From Felis catus (taxonomy: Eukaryota): a DNA stretch of 64,000 nt. A program made the position numbers and the translations under genes. Below, piece after piece: positions 53,967 to 64,000 of this stretch (its first letter is position 1; the number at the start of each line of letters is the position of its first letter). The stretch spans positions 139,626,001 through 139,690,000 of the forward strand of contig NC_058368.1 of NCBI RefSeq assembly GCF_018350175.1. The letters run 5' to 3'. The notes beneath the pieces were generated by a model that saw only the letters and a list, made by a program, of their open reading frames with translations, did not search any database and was not told where the DNA came from.

Positions 53967-54225
53967 ATTTAAACCTTTCATGTTTATTTATTTATCCATG
54001 TAACCCAACCAACCAACGAAATATTTATGAACACCTATGATTTACCAAGTACTATTCAAGGCACTGGGGATACAATGCCGAGGATAAACAGGCATGGTTC
54101 TTAACTTTGCAGAACTCATGTTAACCAAATCAATCACACAAGAAATGTAAAACTTCAACTGTAAAAGCCGTAAATAAGAAAGGTACATTATGTTGAGAAA
54201 GCCTATATTAAAAGTAATCTAATCA

Positions 54226-54437
54226 GGGGCACCTGGGTGGATCAGTCAGTTGAGCATCTGACTTCAGCTCAGGTCATGATCTTGTGGTTTGTGGGTTCCA
54301 GCTCCACGTTGGGCTCTGTGCTGACAGCTGAGAGCCTGAAGCCTGCTTCGGATTCTGTGTCTCCCCTCTCTCTGCCTCTCCCATGCTCATGCTCTGTCTC
54401 TCAATAATAAATAAATGTTTAAAAAAATTAAAAAAAA
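54226..54437 (+). mobile_element. Can-SINE within an L2 remnant
   Basis: TSD AAAAGTAATCTAATCA. Confidence 0.92.
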
Positions 54438-54756
54438 AAAGTAATCTAATCAGGTAGGCCAAGGTTTCCAAGAAAGTAATGGAATGGACAAAGGAAGAAA
54501 GAAAGAACATTCCAGACAACAAGAAAAGCACATATAAATATTTATGGGAAGGAAAGAGCAGGCTTGGATAAGACACTAAAAGTATAGCATGACTGGAGGG
54601 AGTCTGGTAAGAAATGAAGTTTAAGAAAAAGGTAGACTATGCAAAACCTCAAAACCCAAGATAGCCTGAAGCCCAGCAGAGAAAGGATAGTGTAATGCAT
54701 TTTCTTTTCTTCCCTGGGCCTGAAATACTTCATTTCACTTTAGAAATTTAGATACT

Positions 54757-54942
54757 GGGGCGCCTGGGTGGCTCAGTTGGTTAAGCGTCCAACTTTGGCT
54801 CAGGTCATTATCTCGCAGTCAGGCTCTGTGCTGACAGCACAGAGCCTGGAGCCTGCTTCAAGTTTTGTGTCTTCCCCTCTCTCTGCCCTTCCCCTGCTCG
54901 CACACTGCCTTTCTCTCTCTCAAAAATGAACATTAAAAAAAA
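54757..54942 (+). mobile_element. Can-SINE
   Basis: TSD TTAGAAATTTAG. Confidence 0.92.
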
Positions 54943-55049
54943 TTAGAAATTTAGGTATTCTTTCATCTTAAATTACTCGAAGACATCAAGAGACTCAAAA
55001 CAAAATTCTAATGCTACAAAAATGTTCTGTGCAGCCCTGTGTAATGCAA

Positions 55050-55645
55050 AGTTTCATGCACTCCTATGCAAATCTGATGAAACTTTCAAAATCCTGAGAA
55101 CGTTTTCAAAGTATAAAGCAAAATACATATAATTCTAAAGGAAACCAATTACATAACAAAAAAATTTAAGTTAAGGTATACTAATATACGTACGTGTTAT
55201 TTTTTTAGTTTTTATTAATATTTAATAAATATTAATGTCTGAAAGAGAGACAGCGTGTGAGCAGGGGAGGGGCAGAGAGAGAGGAGACAAAGAATCCAAA
55301 GAAGGATCCAGGCTCTGAGCTGTCAGCACAGAGCCTGATGCAGGGCTTGAACTCATGAACTGCAAGATCTGACCTGAGCTGAAGTCAGGCGCTTAAATGA
55401 CTGAGCCACCCAGGCGCCCTGTATGTGTTATTTTATACTAACAAATTACTATCTAGTAGCAGTATGCCAATAATGCCATGGGACAGTATTTGTAATTTCT
55501 GTTGGTGAAAAAGTCACAAATACTGGTAATGTACTGTACTGTAATTTTTGACTACATTAATAAAGAAAATGCTAAATTTCAGCTAAAAGTTAGTAAAAAT
55601 AAAGTTGTAATCTTTTCCCATGATGTTTGAAAATCCCTTGTAGAT
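55050..55645 (+). mobile_element. MER119-like hAT element split by a SINE
   Basis: AAAGGAAACCAATTA...TTGGTGAAAAAGTCACA...AATGCTAAATTTCAG...AAAATAAAGTTGTAAT. Confidence 0.65.
55202..55419 (-). mobile_element. Can-SINE
   Basis: TSD GTA(C/T)GTGTTATTTT. Confidence 0.9.
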
Positions 55646-55959
55646 TTGGTGTTATGGAATTTTACTGGTAATGGTTTGCCATTAAAAAGAGGATCACCCA
55701 CCTGTCCCAAAAATCATAAAAAGCAAACTTCTACATCTAAGCACATTTTCTATTATGTTAAAACTGTACTATTTTAGACTAAAAGGAAGAAGTGTTAGAA
55801 AGCAAATTAATATAAATAAATATCTTCTTTATGCTGTGCTCTGACTAAAATATATTTTGGCTCAAATACCTTTATTTAGCTTCAATTATCTGATTTAATA
55901 ATTCTGAATAATTTCTGGTGACTTCTGAAAATCAAACCCAGATCAGAAATATAAACATT

Positions 55960-56139
55960 GGGGTGCATAGGTGACTCAGTGGGCTAACATTCAACTCCTG
56001 ATTTTTGGCTAGGTCATGATCTCATGGTTCATGGGATCAAGCCCTGCATCGGGCTCTGTGCTGACAATGCGAAGCCTGCTTGGAATTCTCTCTCTCTCTC
56101 TTTCTCTCTCTCTCAGAATAAATAAAAACTTAAAAAAAA
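55960..56139 (+). mobile_element. Can-SINE
   Basis: Degenerate head, (CT)n, A tail. Confidence 0.88.
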
Positions 56140-56332
56140 TATATATATATAAAGATTTGCTATAGGTCAATTGACAGGTTTTCACACAGGTACTGTGCTA
56201 GGTACTGGGAAAAACCACCCGGTAAGGAACTTTTATTCAAATAATTTGATAGAACCATGAAGATGCATTTACATAATGATAACATTACTGGAATGTTACA
56301 AAACTTTGCCAGAAGCTATTTGATTGTAATAA

Positions 56333-56557
56333 TTTTTTTGTTAAAAAAATTTTTTTATCTTTATTTTTGAGAGTGAGAGAGACAGACAGAGTGTGAGCTG
56401 GGGAGGGGTAGAGAGAGAGGGAGACACAGAATCTGAAGCAGTTCCCGGCTCCGAGCTGTCAGCACAGAGCCCAAGGTGGGGCTCAAACTCACAAACCATG
56501 AAATCATGACCTGAGCCGAAGTCACACACTTAACTGACTGAGACACCAAGGCTCCCC
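56333..56557 (-). mobile_element. Can-SINE
   Basis: TSD TGATT(G/A)TAAT. Confidence 0.9.
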
Positions 56558-56997
56558 TGATTATAATTACTTTATGATCAAGGCATATCTTAATGACCTT
56601 AACTTAGCTTGTAAAACTAATTCTTTCCAAGCCTTCTAAGTATCAAAAACAATTCAGTAATTTGAAAATATTCATGTCTTTCAAAAAAATTTCACTTTTA
56701 CATAAAACTTACAAATATAACTGGAATGTTTCAACAAGCCTTCTAGATGCACAATGACGTTTGGGAACCAATGGGCTAATGGAAATCCTTGTACCATGAA
56801 ATAGAAGTGGTCAATTACCATTCTTCTTGAAATAAAAATCGAAGGCACAAACCAAGAGAAAAGCACGTATATGAAAAGGCTAAATATATGTTAATATTTA
56901 GTTAGGTTATAAGGAGATTATTATGATGACTAAACCAGGTAACATGTAAAACACCTAGCATAATGCTTAGCACATAACAGTTGCTTAGTCCATGTTT

Positions 56998-57218
56998 TAT
57001 TTTGTTTTTAAGTCTATATATTTATTTTGAGACAGAGAGAGAGAATGGGGAAGGGGCAGAGAGAGGCGGGAGAGAAATCCCAAGCAGGCTCTGGAGCTTC
57101 ACTACTGGATAATCCAGTGCAGAACCTGACATGGGGGCTTGATCTCATGAACTGCGAGATCATGACCTGAGCTGAAATCGAGTCAGACGCTTAACTGACT
57201 GAAACACCCAGGCGCACC
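56998..57218 (-). mobile_element. Can-SINE
   Basis: TSD AGTCCATGTTTT. Confidence 0.9.
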
Positions 57219-57620
57219 AGAGTCCATGTTTTCTTTTTACAAAATCTTACAGTTAAGTAAAAAAGATGAGCAATGGTTTGTTGAAAAGTTGTGGCTTAGG
57301 TTGGGCCCAGAGAAAAAACAGGCTTTTGATAGTGGAGGAGGGAAAAAGACATTTTAGATCATAGAAAATTCAATGAACAATGCTAGCAGAAAATGACAAG
57401 ATGCCATTCGGACCAGCAGTCAGATTGACATATGGTAGATGTTCATCTGTTCAACTCATAACTAGTCTGTTTCTGAGACAATTACCTGACTTAACAATTT
57501 ACCAAAGTCTGAACCTTTCACATCCATTGTCCATTCAGATTACTAGCACCAATAGCACAACTAATAGGAATTCTTCTGCCTTTATGTATAATGACTCCAT
57601 TCAATTAAATGTCAGATCAA

Positions 57621-57844
57621 GGGGCACCTGGGTGGCTCAGTCCGTTGGGCGGCCGACTTCGGCTCAGGTCATGATCTCGCGGTTTGTGAATTTGAGCCCC
57701 GCGTCAGGCTCTGTGCTGACAGCTCAGAGCCTGGAGCCTGTTTCGGATTCTGCGTCTCCCTCTCTCTGACCCTCCCCCATTCATGCTCTGTCTCTCTCTC
57801 AAAAATAAATAAGCGTTAAAAAAAATTTTTTTAAATAAAAAAAA
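57621..57844 (+). mobile_element. Can-SINE, CpG-rich
   Basis: 14-bp TSD AAATGTCAGATCAA. Confidence 0.94.
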
Positions 57845-57929
57845 AATGTCAGATCAAATATCAAAGTCCAGAGAACAAGCTGTTAAGAGAAATGAGATAT
57901 CCATTCTTTACTTGAGCACAGCTATTTTT

Positions 57930-58150
57930 TTTTTTTAATTTTTTTCAACGTTTATTTTTATTTTTGGGACAGAGAGAGACAGAGCATGAACGGGGGAGGG
58001 GCAGAGAGAGAGGGAGACACAGAATCGGAAACAGGCTCCAGGCTCTGAGCCATCAGCCCAGAGCCTGACGCGGGGCTCGAACTCACGGACGGCGAGATCG
58101 TGACCTGGCTGAAGTCGGACACTTAACCGACTGCGCCACCCAGGCGCCCC
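57930..58150 (-). mobile_element. Young SINEC_Fc-type SINE
   Basis: TSD GAGCACAGCTATTTTT. Confidence 0.95.
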
Positions 58151-58168
58151 GAGCACAGCTATTTTTTA

Positions 58169-58345
58169 AGTGTGGCTCTCAAACTTCCGTATATTATATC
58201 AGAATCATTGAGACAGAATACCAATCCTCATAGCCAGAGTTCCTGATTCATTAGATCGGAGGTTGGGCCTGGGAATCTGCACTTCTGTCAAGTTCACAGT
58301 TGGCTTTGATGCTACTGGCCTGGAGATCATACTTTGAGAACAATG
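58169..58345. mobile_element. MER5A-like hAT element
   Basis: GTGGCTCTCAAACT...CCAGAGTTCCTGATTCA...GGGAATCTGCACTTCT...ACTTTGAGAA. Confidence 0.78.
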
Positions 58346-58699
58346 TTCTGTGCCCTATCTTCCTTTTTATTTAATACTTCCTTGTTTTCATGGAGCACAT
58401 TTTCCAAAAGAAAGCTTTGTAGTAGTATATGCATTTGTAAGTTTACTTTTTATTATGGGAATTTCCAAACCTATTCAAAAATAAAGAATAGGATAATAAA
58501 CCCCACACACCACTATTCAGCTTTAACAATTAACATTTCTGGCCATTCTTATTTCATCTATACCCTCCACCAATTCAAGCCTTTCCAGATGGGTTATTTT
58601 GAAGTAAATTCTAAACTTATCATTTCATCTGTAGATATGTGAGCATGTATCTCTAAAATAAGACATTTTAAATGCTGCAAGAAGTAAATGTTTTGAGAC

Positions 58700-60420
58700 G
58701 TTTCAAAATGTTTTTATCTGCCCTTTTGGCATTTGTTTAATGGTCTGGCTGGATAAAAAGTTCAGTGTTGAAAATAATTCAGAAGAATGAAGGCATGGCA
58801 CATTGCATTCTAGCTTTCACTGTTGTTTTTGAGAAGTCCACAGTCATTTTGAATCCTTATCCTTTGTTGTGACCTGTTTTTCCCCTCTGGAAGCATCCAG
58901 GATCTTCGTTCTTCCCAGTGATCTGACTCACTACAATGACATGTCCTTAATAATGGGTCCTTTTTCATCTATTATGCTGGCCTTTCAATGTGTAAACTCA
59001 CGTCCTTTACTTCTATGGATTTTTCTTGTATTCTTTTATTTATTTTTATTTTTTTAATGTTTATTTATTTTTGAGAGAGAAAGAGAGACAGAAAGAGAGA
59101 CAGAGCATGAGCGGGGGAGGGGCAGAGAGAGTGGGAGACACAGAATCGGAAGCAGGCTCCAGGCTCCGAGCTGTCAGCACAGAGCCCGACGCGGGACTCG
59201 AACTCACGAAGTGTGAGATCATAACCTGTGCCAAAGTCGGACACTCAAATGACTGAGCCACCCAGGCGACCCTCTTGTATTCTTTTATTGATGTTTCCTT
59301 TCTTCTCTGTTCTCTCTTCCTGAAGTTTCTACTATTCAAATGTTAAAACTCTTGGATCATTCCTTCAATTTTATCTTTTCTCCTATTCACTATCTTTATC
59401 TTCTCGATTTTCTGGGAAATGTTTATAATTCTATCTTCTAACCCTTCTGATGTTTTTAAATCACTGCTACCATATTTATAATTTACAATAGCTCTGTTTT
59501 ATTCCTTTTCTTTTTTATAGTGTACATTTTTGTTTCATGATTCCAAATGCTCTCATCTCTGAGAATACAGAGAAAACAAACTTTCTTCTTTATTTTTGTG
59601 GAATATTAGAATAGTTTGTTACCTAGTCTTGTATTTACTCTCTTGATCTCTTTCATACTGGAAACTTCATATGCCTGGTGATCTTAACCGTTCATTTTTA
59701 AGAGTTGGGGATCTATAAAGCTGACTGGAATCTGTAAAGTTATGCATGGTTAGTTTATCAAAGATGAGCTTCACTGCTGGATAATCCAGTTAGGCTACTT
59801 TGTTGGGGAAGTTCTGATGTTATCTTTAGGTCTTTCCTCTTGGGCTGGTCAGATTCTCTAGGAGTCCCCAGCAATTTACTGCCCTCAACGAGAATATCTG
59901 TCACCTAGTGTATGGGTAGCCAAGTGGGGAATGGGGTAAAGTTAAGGTCTCAGCACCCACTTTGCACATTTCCCTTAATCACCTGTATTTAGTATCATTC
60001 CTTGATTTCAATAGTTTCTATTGCCTATTTCCCCACTCTTCAGCCTAGAGAGCACTATTTTTTTCTCTCTATAGAATAAACCTCTCCTCTTTGTCAGGTT
60101 GGTACAAGGATAAGTCGATCACCCAACTGCACAGTTGGGAGAGAAAAATCTGGGGATACGAGTGTTTCTTAAACCGATAATCAATGTATCCTCTGTATTT
60201 TTTTTTTTTTTTTATCAAATTCCACCTCCGAATTCTTGTTTCAAGAGGTATCTGGTACTGCTAAAGTATTACATTATTGTGATGTAAATCTAGTTCCTAG
60301 CTTTTTCAAATGATAACTTAGGATTTGGATTTCTAGGATCTACTAATTTACTGTGCAGTCCATCAGTTTTTCAGCTTCTAAAATGCTCTCTTCTATTGTC
60401 TCCTCTCCTGTTCTCCCTTT
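58700..60420 (-). mobile_element. Old L1M 5'/ORF1 region
   Basis: TTCTAGCTTTCACTGTTG...GAGAAGTC; ATCTTTAGGTCTTTCCTCTTGGGCTGGTCAGATTC. Confidence 0.6.
59040..59272 (-). mobile_element. Can-SINE
   Basis: 17-bp TSD TCTTGTATTCTTTTATT. Confidence 0.93.
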
Positions 60421-60488
60421 TCAGGTTAAAGATTTTTTAATTCATTTACTATGGGCAAGGAGATAAAGTGGAGGTGATGAATTTCCTT

Positions 60489-60708
60489 ATTTTTAATTTT
60501 TTTAAATGTTTTATTTATTTTTGAGACAGAGAGAGACAGAGCATGAGCAGAGGAGAGGCAGAGAGAGAGGGAGACACAGAATCCAAAGCAGGCTCCAGGC
60601 TCTGAGCCATCAGCACAGAGCCCGACGTGGGGCTCGAACTCAAGAACCGTGAGATCATGACCTGAGCCGAAGTTGGACACCCAACCAACTGAGCCACCCA
60701 GGAGGCCC
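60489..60708 (-). mobile_element. Can-SINE
   Basis: TSD TGAATTTCCT. Confidence 0.92.
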
Positions 60709-61192
60709 TGAATTTCCTAATTTTTAAAAAGCCAAATGCAACTCCTTGACATCTTTCATAACAGGAGAAAACTTCACTTCTTGAAACTGGGTTTATGTGT
60801 AAGTTTCAGAAATCATTACCCAACCCTGTCCCTTGCTCTCAATACATTATCATTTCAGAGACCACCTTAATTTCTGGACAAGCTTCAACTCATCACAGCC
60901 TCTTGGGTCTCTTGGTTGCTTACAATCAATTTGTAAGTGACTTTTTCTTTTTTAAGTGATTAAGTATATTTTTAAAAGAAATAATTTTTGGATAATATAT
61001 ATTCTGTAATGTGGTGACCAAGAGAACATCTCATTCTTTATCAGCCATGGTCTTCTTCCTTCAGTGAAGAAACAACAAAAGTCAAGCCTACACAGTACTC
61101 ACTCCAAAGAAGCAGCTCAACGGCAGTACCAGTGAATTCACTACATGATGAGGTGTAAGCAGGTAATTTGAAAACTAAAGCTTTCTCAATTT

Positions 61193-61415
61193 TTAAAAAA
61201 AAAAAAATTTTTAATGTTTGTTTATTTTTGAGACAGAGAGAGACAGAGCATGAATGGGGGAGGGGCAGAGAGAGAGGTAGACACAGAATCAGAAGCAGGC
61301 TCCAGGCTCTGAGCCATCAGCCCAGAGCCCGACGCGGGGCTCAAACTCACGAACCGTGAGATCGTGACCTGAGCTGAAGTCGGACGCTCAACTGACTGAG
61401 CCACCCAGGCGCCCC
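61193..61415 (-). mobile_element. Can-SINE
   Basis: 17-bp TSD TAAAGCTTTCTCAATTT. Confidence 0.93.
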
Positions 61416-61613
61416 TAAAGCTTTCTCAATTTAATTAAGCAACAGTGCGCCCCTGTACACCCAAACTAAAAATTAAAAAAAAGAGAAATATCACCTCTGT
61501 ATAAATAATGTATTTAATATCTAATAATAGGGCCAGCATCTTTGTAAATTATACTGGGAAATAGATAGCCTTCAAGGGCTCCTAAGAAATCAGAGCAAAA
61601 AGTCAGCAAAATA

Positions 61614-61822
61614 GGGGCGCCTGGGTGGCTCAGTTGGTTAAGTGTCCGACTTCGGCTCAGGTCATGATCTCATGATTTGTGAGTTTGAGTCCTGTACCAG
61701 GCTCTGTGCTGACGGTGCAGAGCCTGGAACCCATTCGAGTTCTGTGTCTCCCTCTTTCTCTGCCCCTCTCCTGTTCACTCTCAGTCTCTCTCTCTCTCAA
61801 ATATAAATAAACATTAAAAAAA
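61614..61822 (+). mobile_element. Can-SINE
   Basis: 17-bp TSD AAAAAGTCAGCAAAATA. Confidence 0.93.
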
Positions 61823-61844
61823 AAAAGTCAGCAAAATATACATT

Positions 61845-62266
61845 CAAATATTATTTTAGAAATAGAGCAAGAGGGAGAGCAGGGGAGAAGGGCAGAGGGA
61901 GACAGAGACAATCTTGAGTAGGCTCTACACTCAGCACAGAGCTCAATGTGGGGCTCAATCCCACGATCCTGGGATAGTGACCTGAGATGAAATCAAGAGC
62001 TGGACGCTTGGGGCACCTGGGCGGCTCACTCAGTTAAGCATATGATTTTGGCTCAGGTCACAATCTCGTGGTTTATGAGTTTGAGCCCCACATTGGGTTC
62101 TGTGCTGACAGCTCAGAGCCTGGAACCTATTTCAGATTCTGTGTCTCCCTCTCTCTCTGCCTATTTCCTGGTCGCATTCTGCCTCTCTCTCTAAAAAGTA
62201 AACAATAAACATCAAAAAAAATATATAAGAATTGGATGCTGAAGTGACTGAGCCACCCAGGCATCC
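61845..62266 (-). mobile_element. Can-SINE interrupted by an opposite-strand Can-SINE (about 62010-62225, +)
   Basis: Host AAGAGCTGGACGCT duplicated as AAGAATTGGATGCT around the insert. Confidence 0.9.
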
Positions 62267-62319
62267 TACATTTAAAAATACTTTAAATGTGATTTATTTT
62301 CTGATGATAGTGACAAAAA

Positions 62320-63530
62320 TCAGTCTGTTAGGCTAGGAGAAGATATTTGCCAAATAAATGTCTGAAAAAAAAAAACCCTATGTCTGATAAAAGTTATGGT
62401 ATCTGGTAAACTTAAAGAACTTTCAAAACTTAATATTAAGAAGACAAACAGAGGGCACCTGGGTGGTTCAGTCAGTTAATTGTCTCACTCTTGATTTCAG
62501 CTCAGGTCATGATTTCATGGTTCATGAGTTTGAGTCCCACGTGGGGGTCTGCACTGATAGTGTGGAGCCTGCTTGGGATTCTCTCTCTCTCCCTTTCTTT
62601 CTGCCCCTCCCCCACTCATTCTCTCTCTCCCTCTCTAAATAAATAAACAAACAAGTAATTGGAAAGGAGACAAACAGAAACAAAAGACTGAATGTACATA
62701 TCACCAAAGAGATACAAGTAACAAGCAGATGAAAAGATGTAAAACATCAGTTATTATGAAAATGCAAGTTGAAACCACAATGAGGTATCACTACATAGCT
62801 ACTAGAATGGTTAAAATCAAAAACCAAAAAGTAAAAAATAAGTGCCAACAAAAATGTTCAGCAACTGGAATTCACATGCATTCTGGGTAGGAATATAAAA
62901 TGGTACTGCCACTTTGAAAAACAGTTTGGCAGTTTCTTTTAGAGTTAAACATACACTTAACCATATGACCCAGCAATCCCATTCTCAGTTTTCTACCCAA
63001 GAGAAATAAAAGCAAATATTTACACAAACAGCTGCATAGTGAATAGTGAATATTTACAGCAGCCTGCTTATAGCAGTCCAAATCTGGATACAAACACATA
63101 TCCCTCAGTGGTGAATGGATAATTAACTGTGTGCATCTACATAGTGGAATAGTACTCAATAATACAAAGGAACAAGTTAGGGATACATGCAACAGCATGA
63201 ATGACTCTCAATAGCATTATGGTAAAAAAAACAAACACCAAAAGCTTTATACTTACTGTATGATCCCATTTATATAATATTCCGGGAAAGCCCAAACTAC
63301 AAGAGCAGTGATTTCCAGAGGGTGGGGATGGGGAGTCTATGGACTACAAAGGGGTAGGAGAGAACTTTGTGAGGTGATGGAAACTGTCTATATCCTGATT
63401 GTAATAGTGATTACATGACTGTATACATTGATGAAATCTATCAATGTATCAATCTATCTGTATACGTGAATCAATCAATCAATCTGTATACGTGAATTTT
63501 ATTGGATGCAAATTATACCTCAATAAATCT
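62320..63530 (+). mobile_element. Old L1M 3' region containing a Can-SINE (about 62452-62660, +)
   Basis: AATGCAAGTTGAAACCACAATGAGGTATCAC...CCATATGACCCAGCAATCCC; SINE TSD AGACAAACAGA. Confidence 0.8.
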
Positions 63531-64000
63531 GAGTTTTAAGAAGGCATGACAAGACTTAAAAAAACAATAATCAATAGAACAAGGGGAAAAAAGTCTGTCA
63601 GGAACATGCAGAAAGCATATAAAAACTTAACGTGTTTATATATATGTATTATAGAAAGACAGAAAGGAAGAGACAGAGAAAGAAAGAGCCAGTAGGTGGA
63701 AGAAAAGTGATCATAGGAAATGCATGAGAATATGTTGAAATAGGAGGTGAAACATATCTGGACTCAAATAAGTCACCTGCATCTTTTTCTCCCTTAATAA
63801 AGGCTTTGCCAGATTCTCCTTTTCCTTTTTTTTTTTTTTTTTTTTTTAACTGCAGACTTTCTTTTAAATATAAGTATCTCACAAAGTAAACTTAAAGAAA
63901 TCTGGGTGCCTTCTTTATGCCAAGACTGGACAAGCACCTTTATGTTATTTTGTTTAATACACATAATCATCCCATAGTTAGATCTTATCCCCCTTCATCT

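Overview
Eukaryotic, AT-rich, repeat-dense genomic DNA from a felid carnivore, judged from about 40 Can-SINE (SINEC_Fc-type) copies and carnivore L1 3' ends. The whole window appears to lie inside CERT1 (COL4A3BP, ceramide transfer protein) on the minus strand. Six consecutive coding exons (38784-38900, 19060-19167, 18145-18283, 12681-12764, 7490-7647, 2528-2620) have canonical AG/GT borders and compatible phases. They splice into one open frame covering the C-terminal half of the PH domain, the serine-repeat motif and the middle/coiled-coil region, about residues 78-310 in human numbering from memory. The rest is intron filled with SINEs, L1 fragments, solo LTRs, hAT/Tigger DNA transposons and a full-length U2 snRNA retrocopy. 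The supplied ORF track misses every real exon; its ORFs are L1 ORF2 remnants or repeat/chance ORFs. I found no convincing novel gene system. The leads are retrotransposition oddities, nested insertions and splicing/RNA-structure hypotheses. Repeat family names come from recalled consensus sequences, and repeat boundaries are approximate unless a TSD is quoted.
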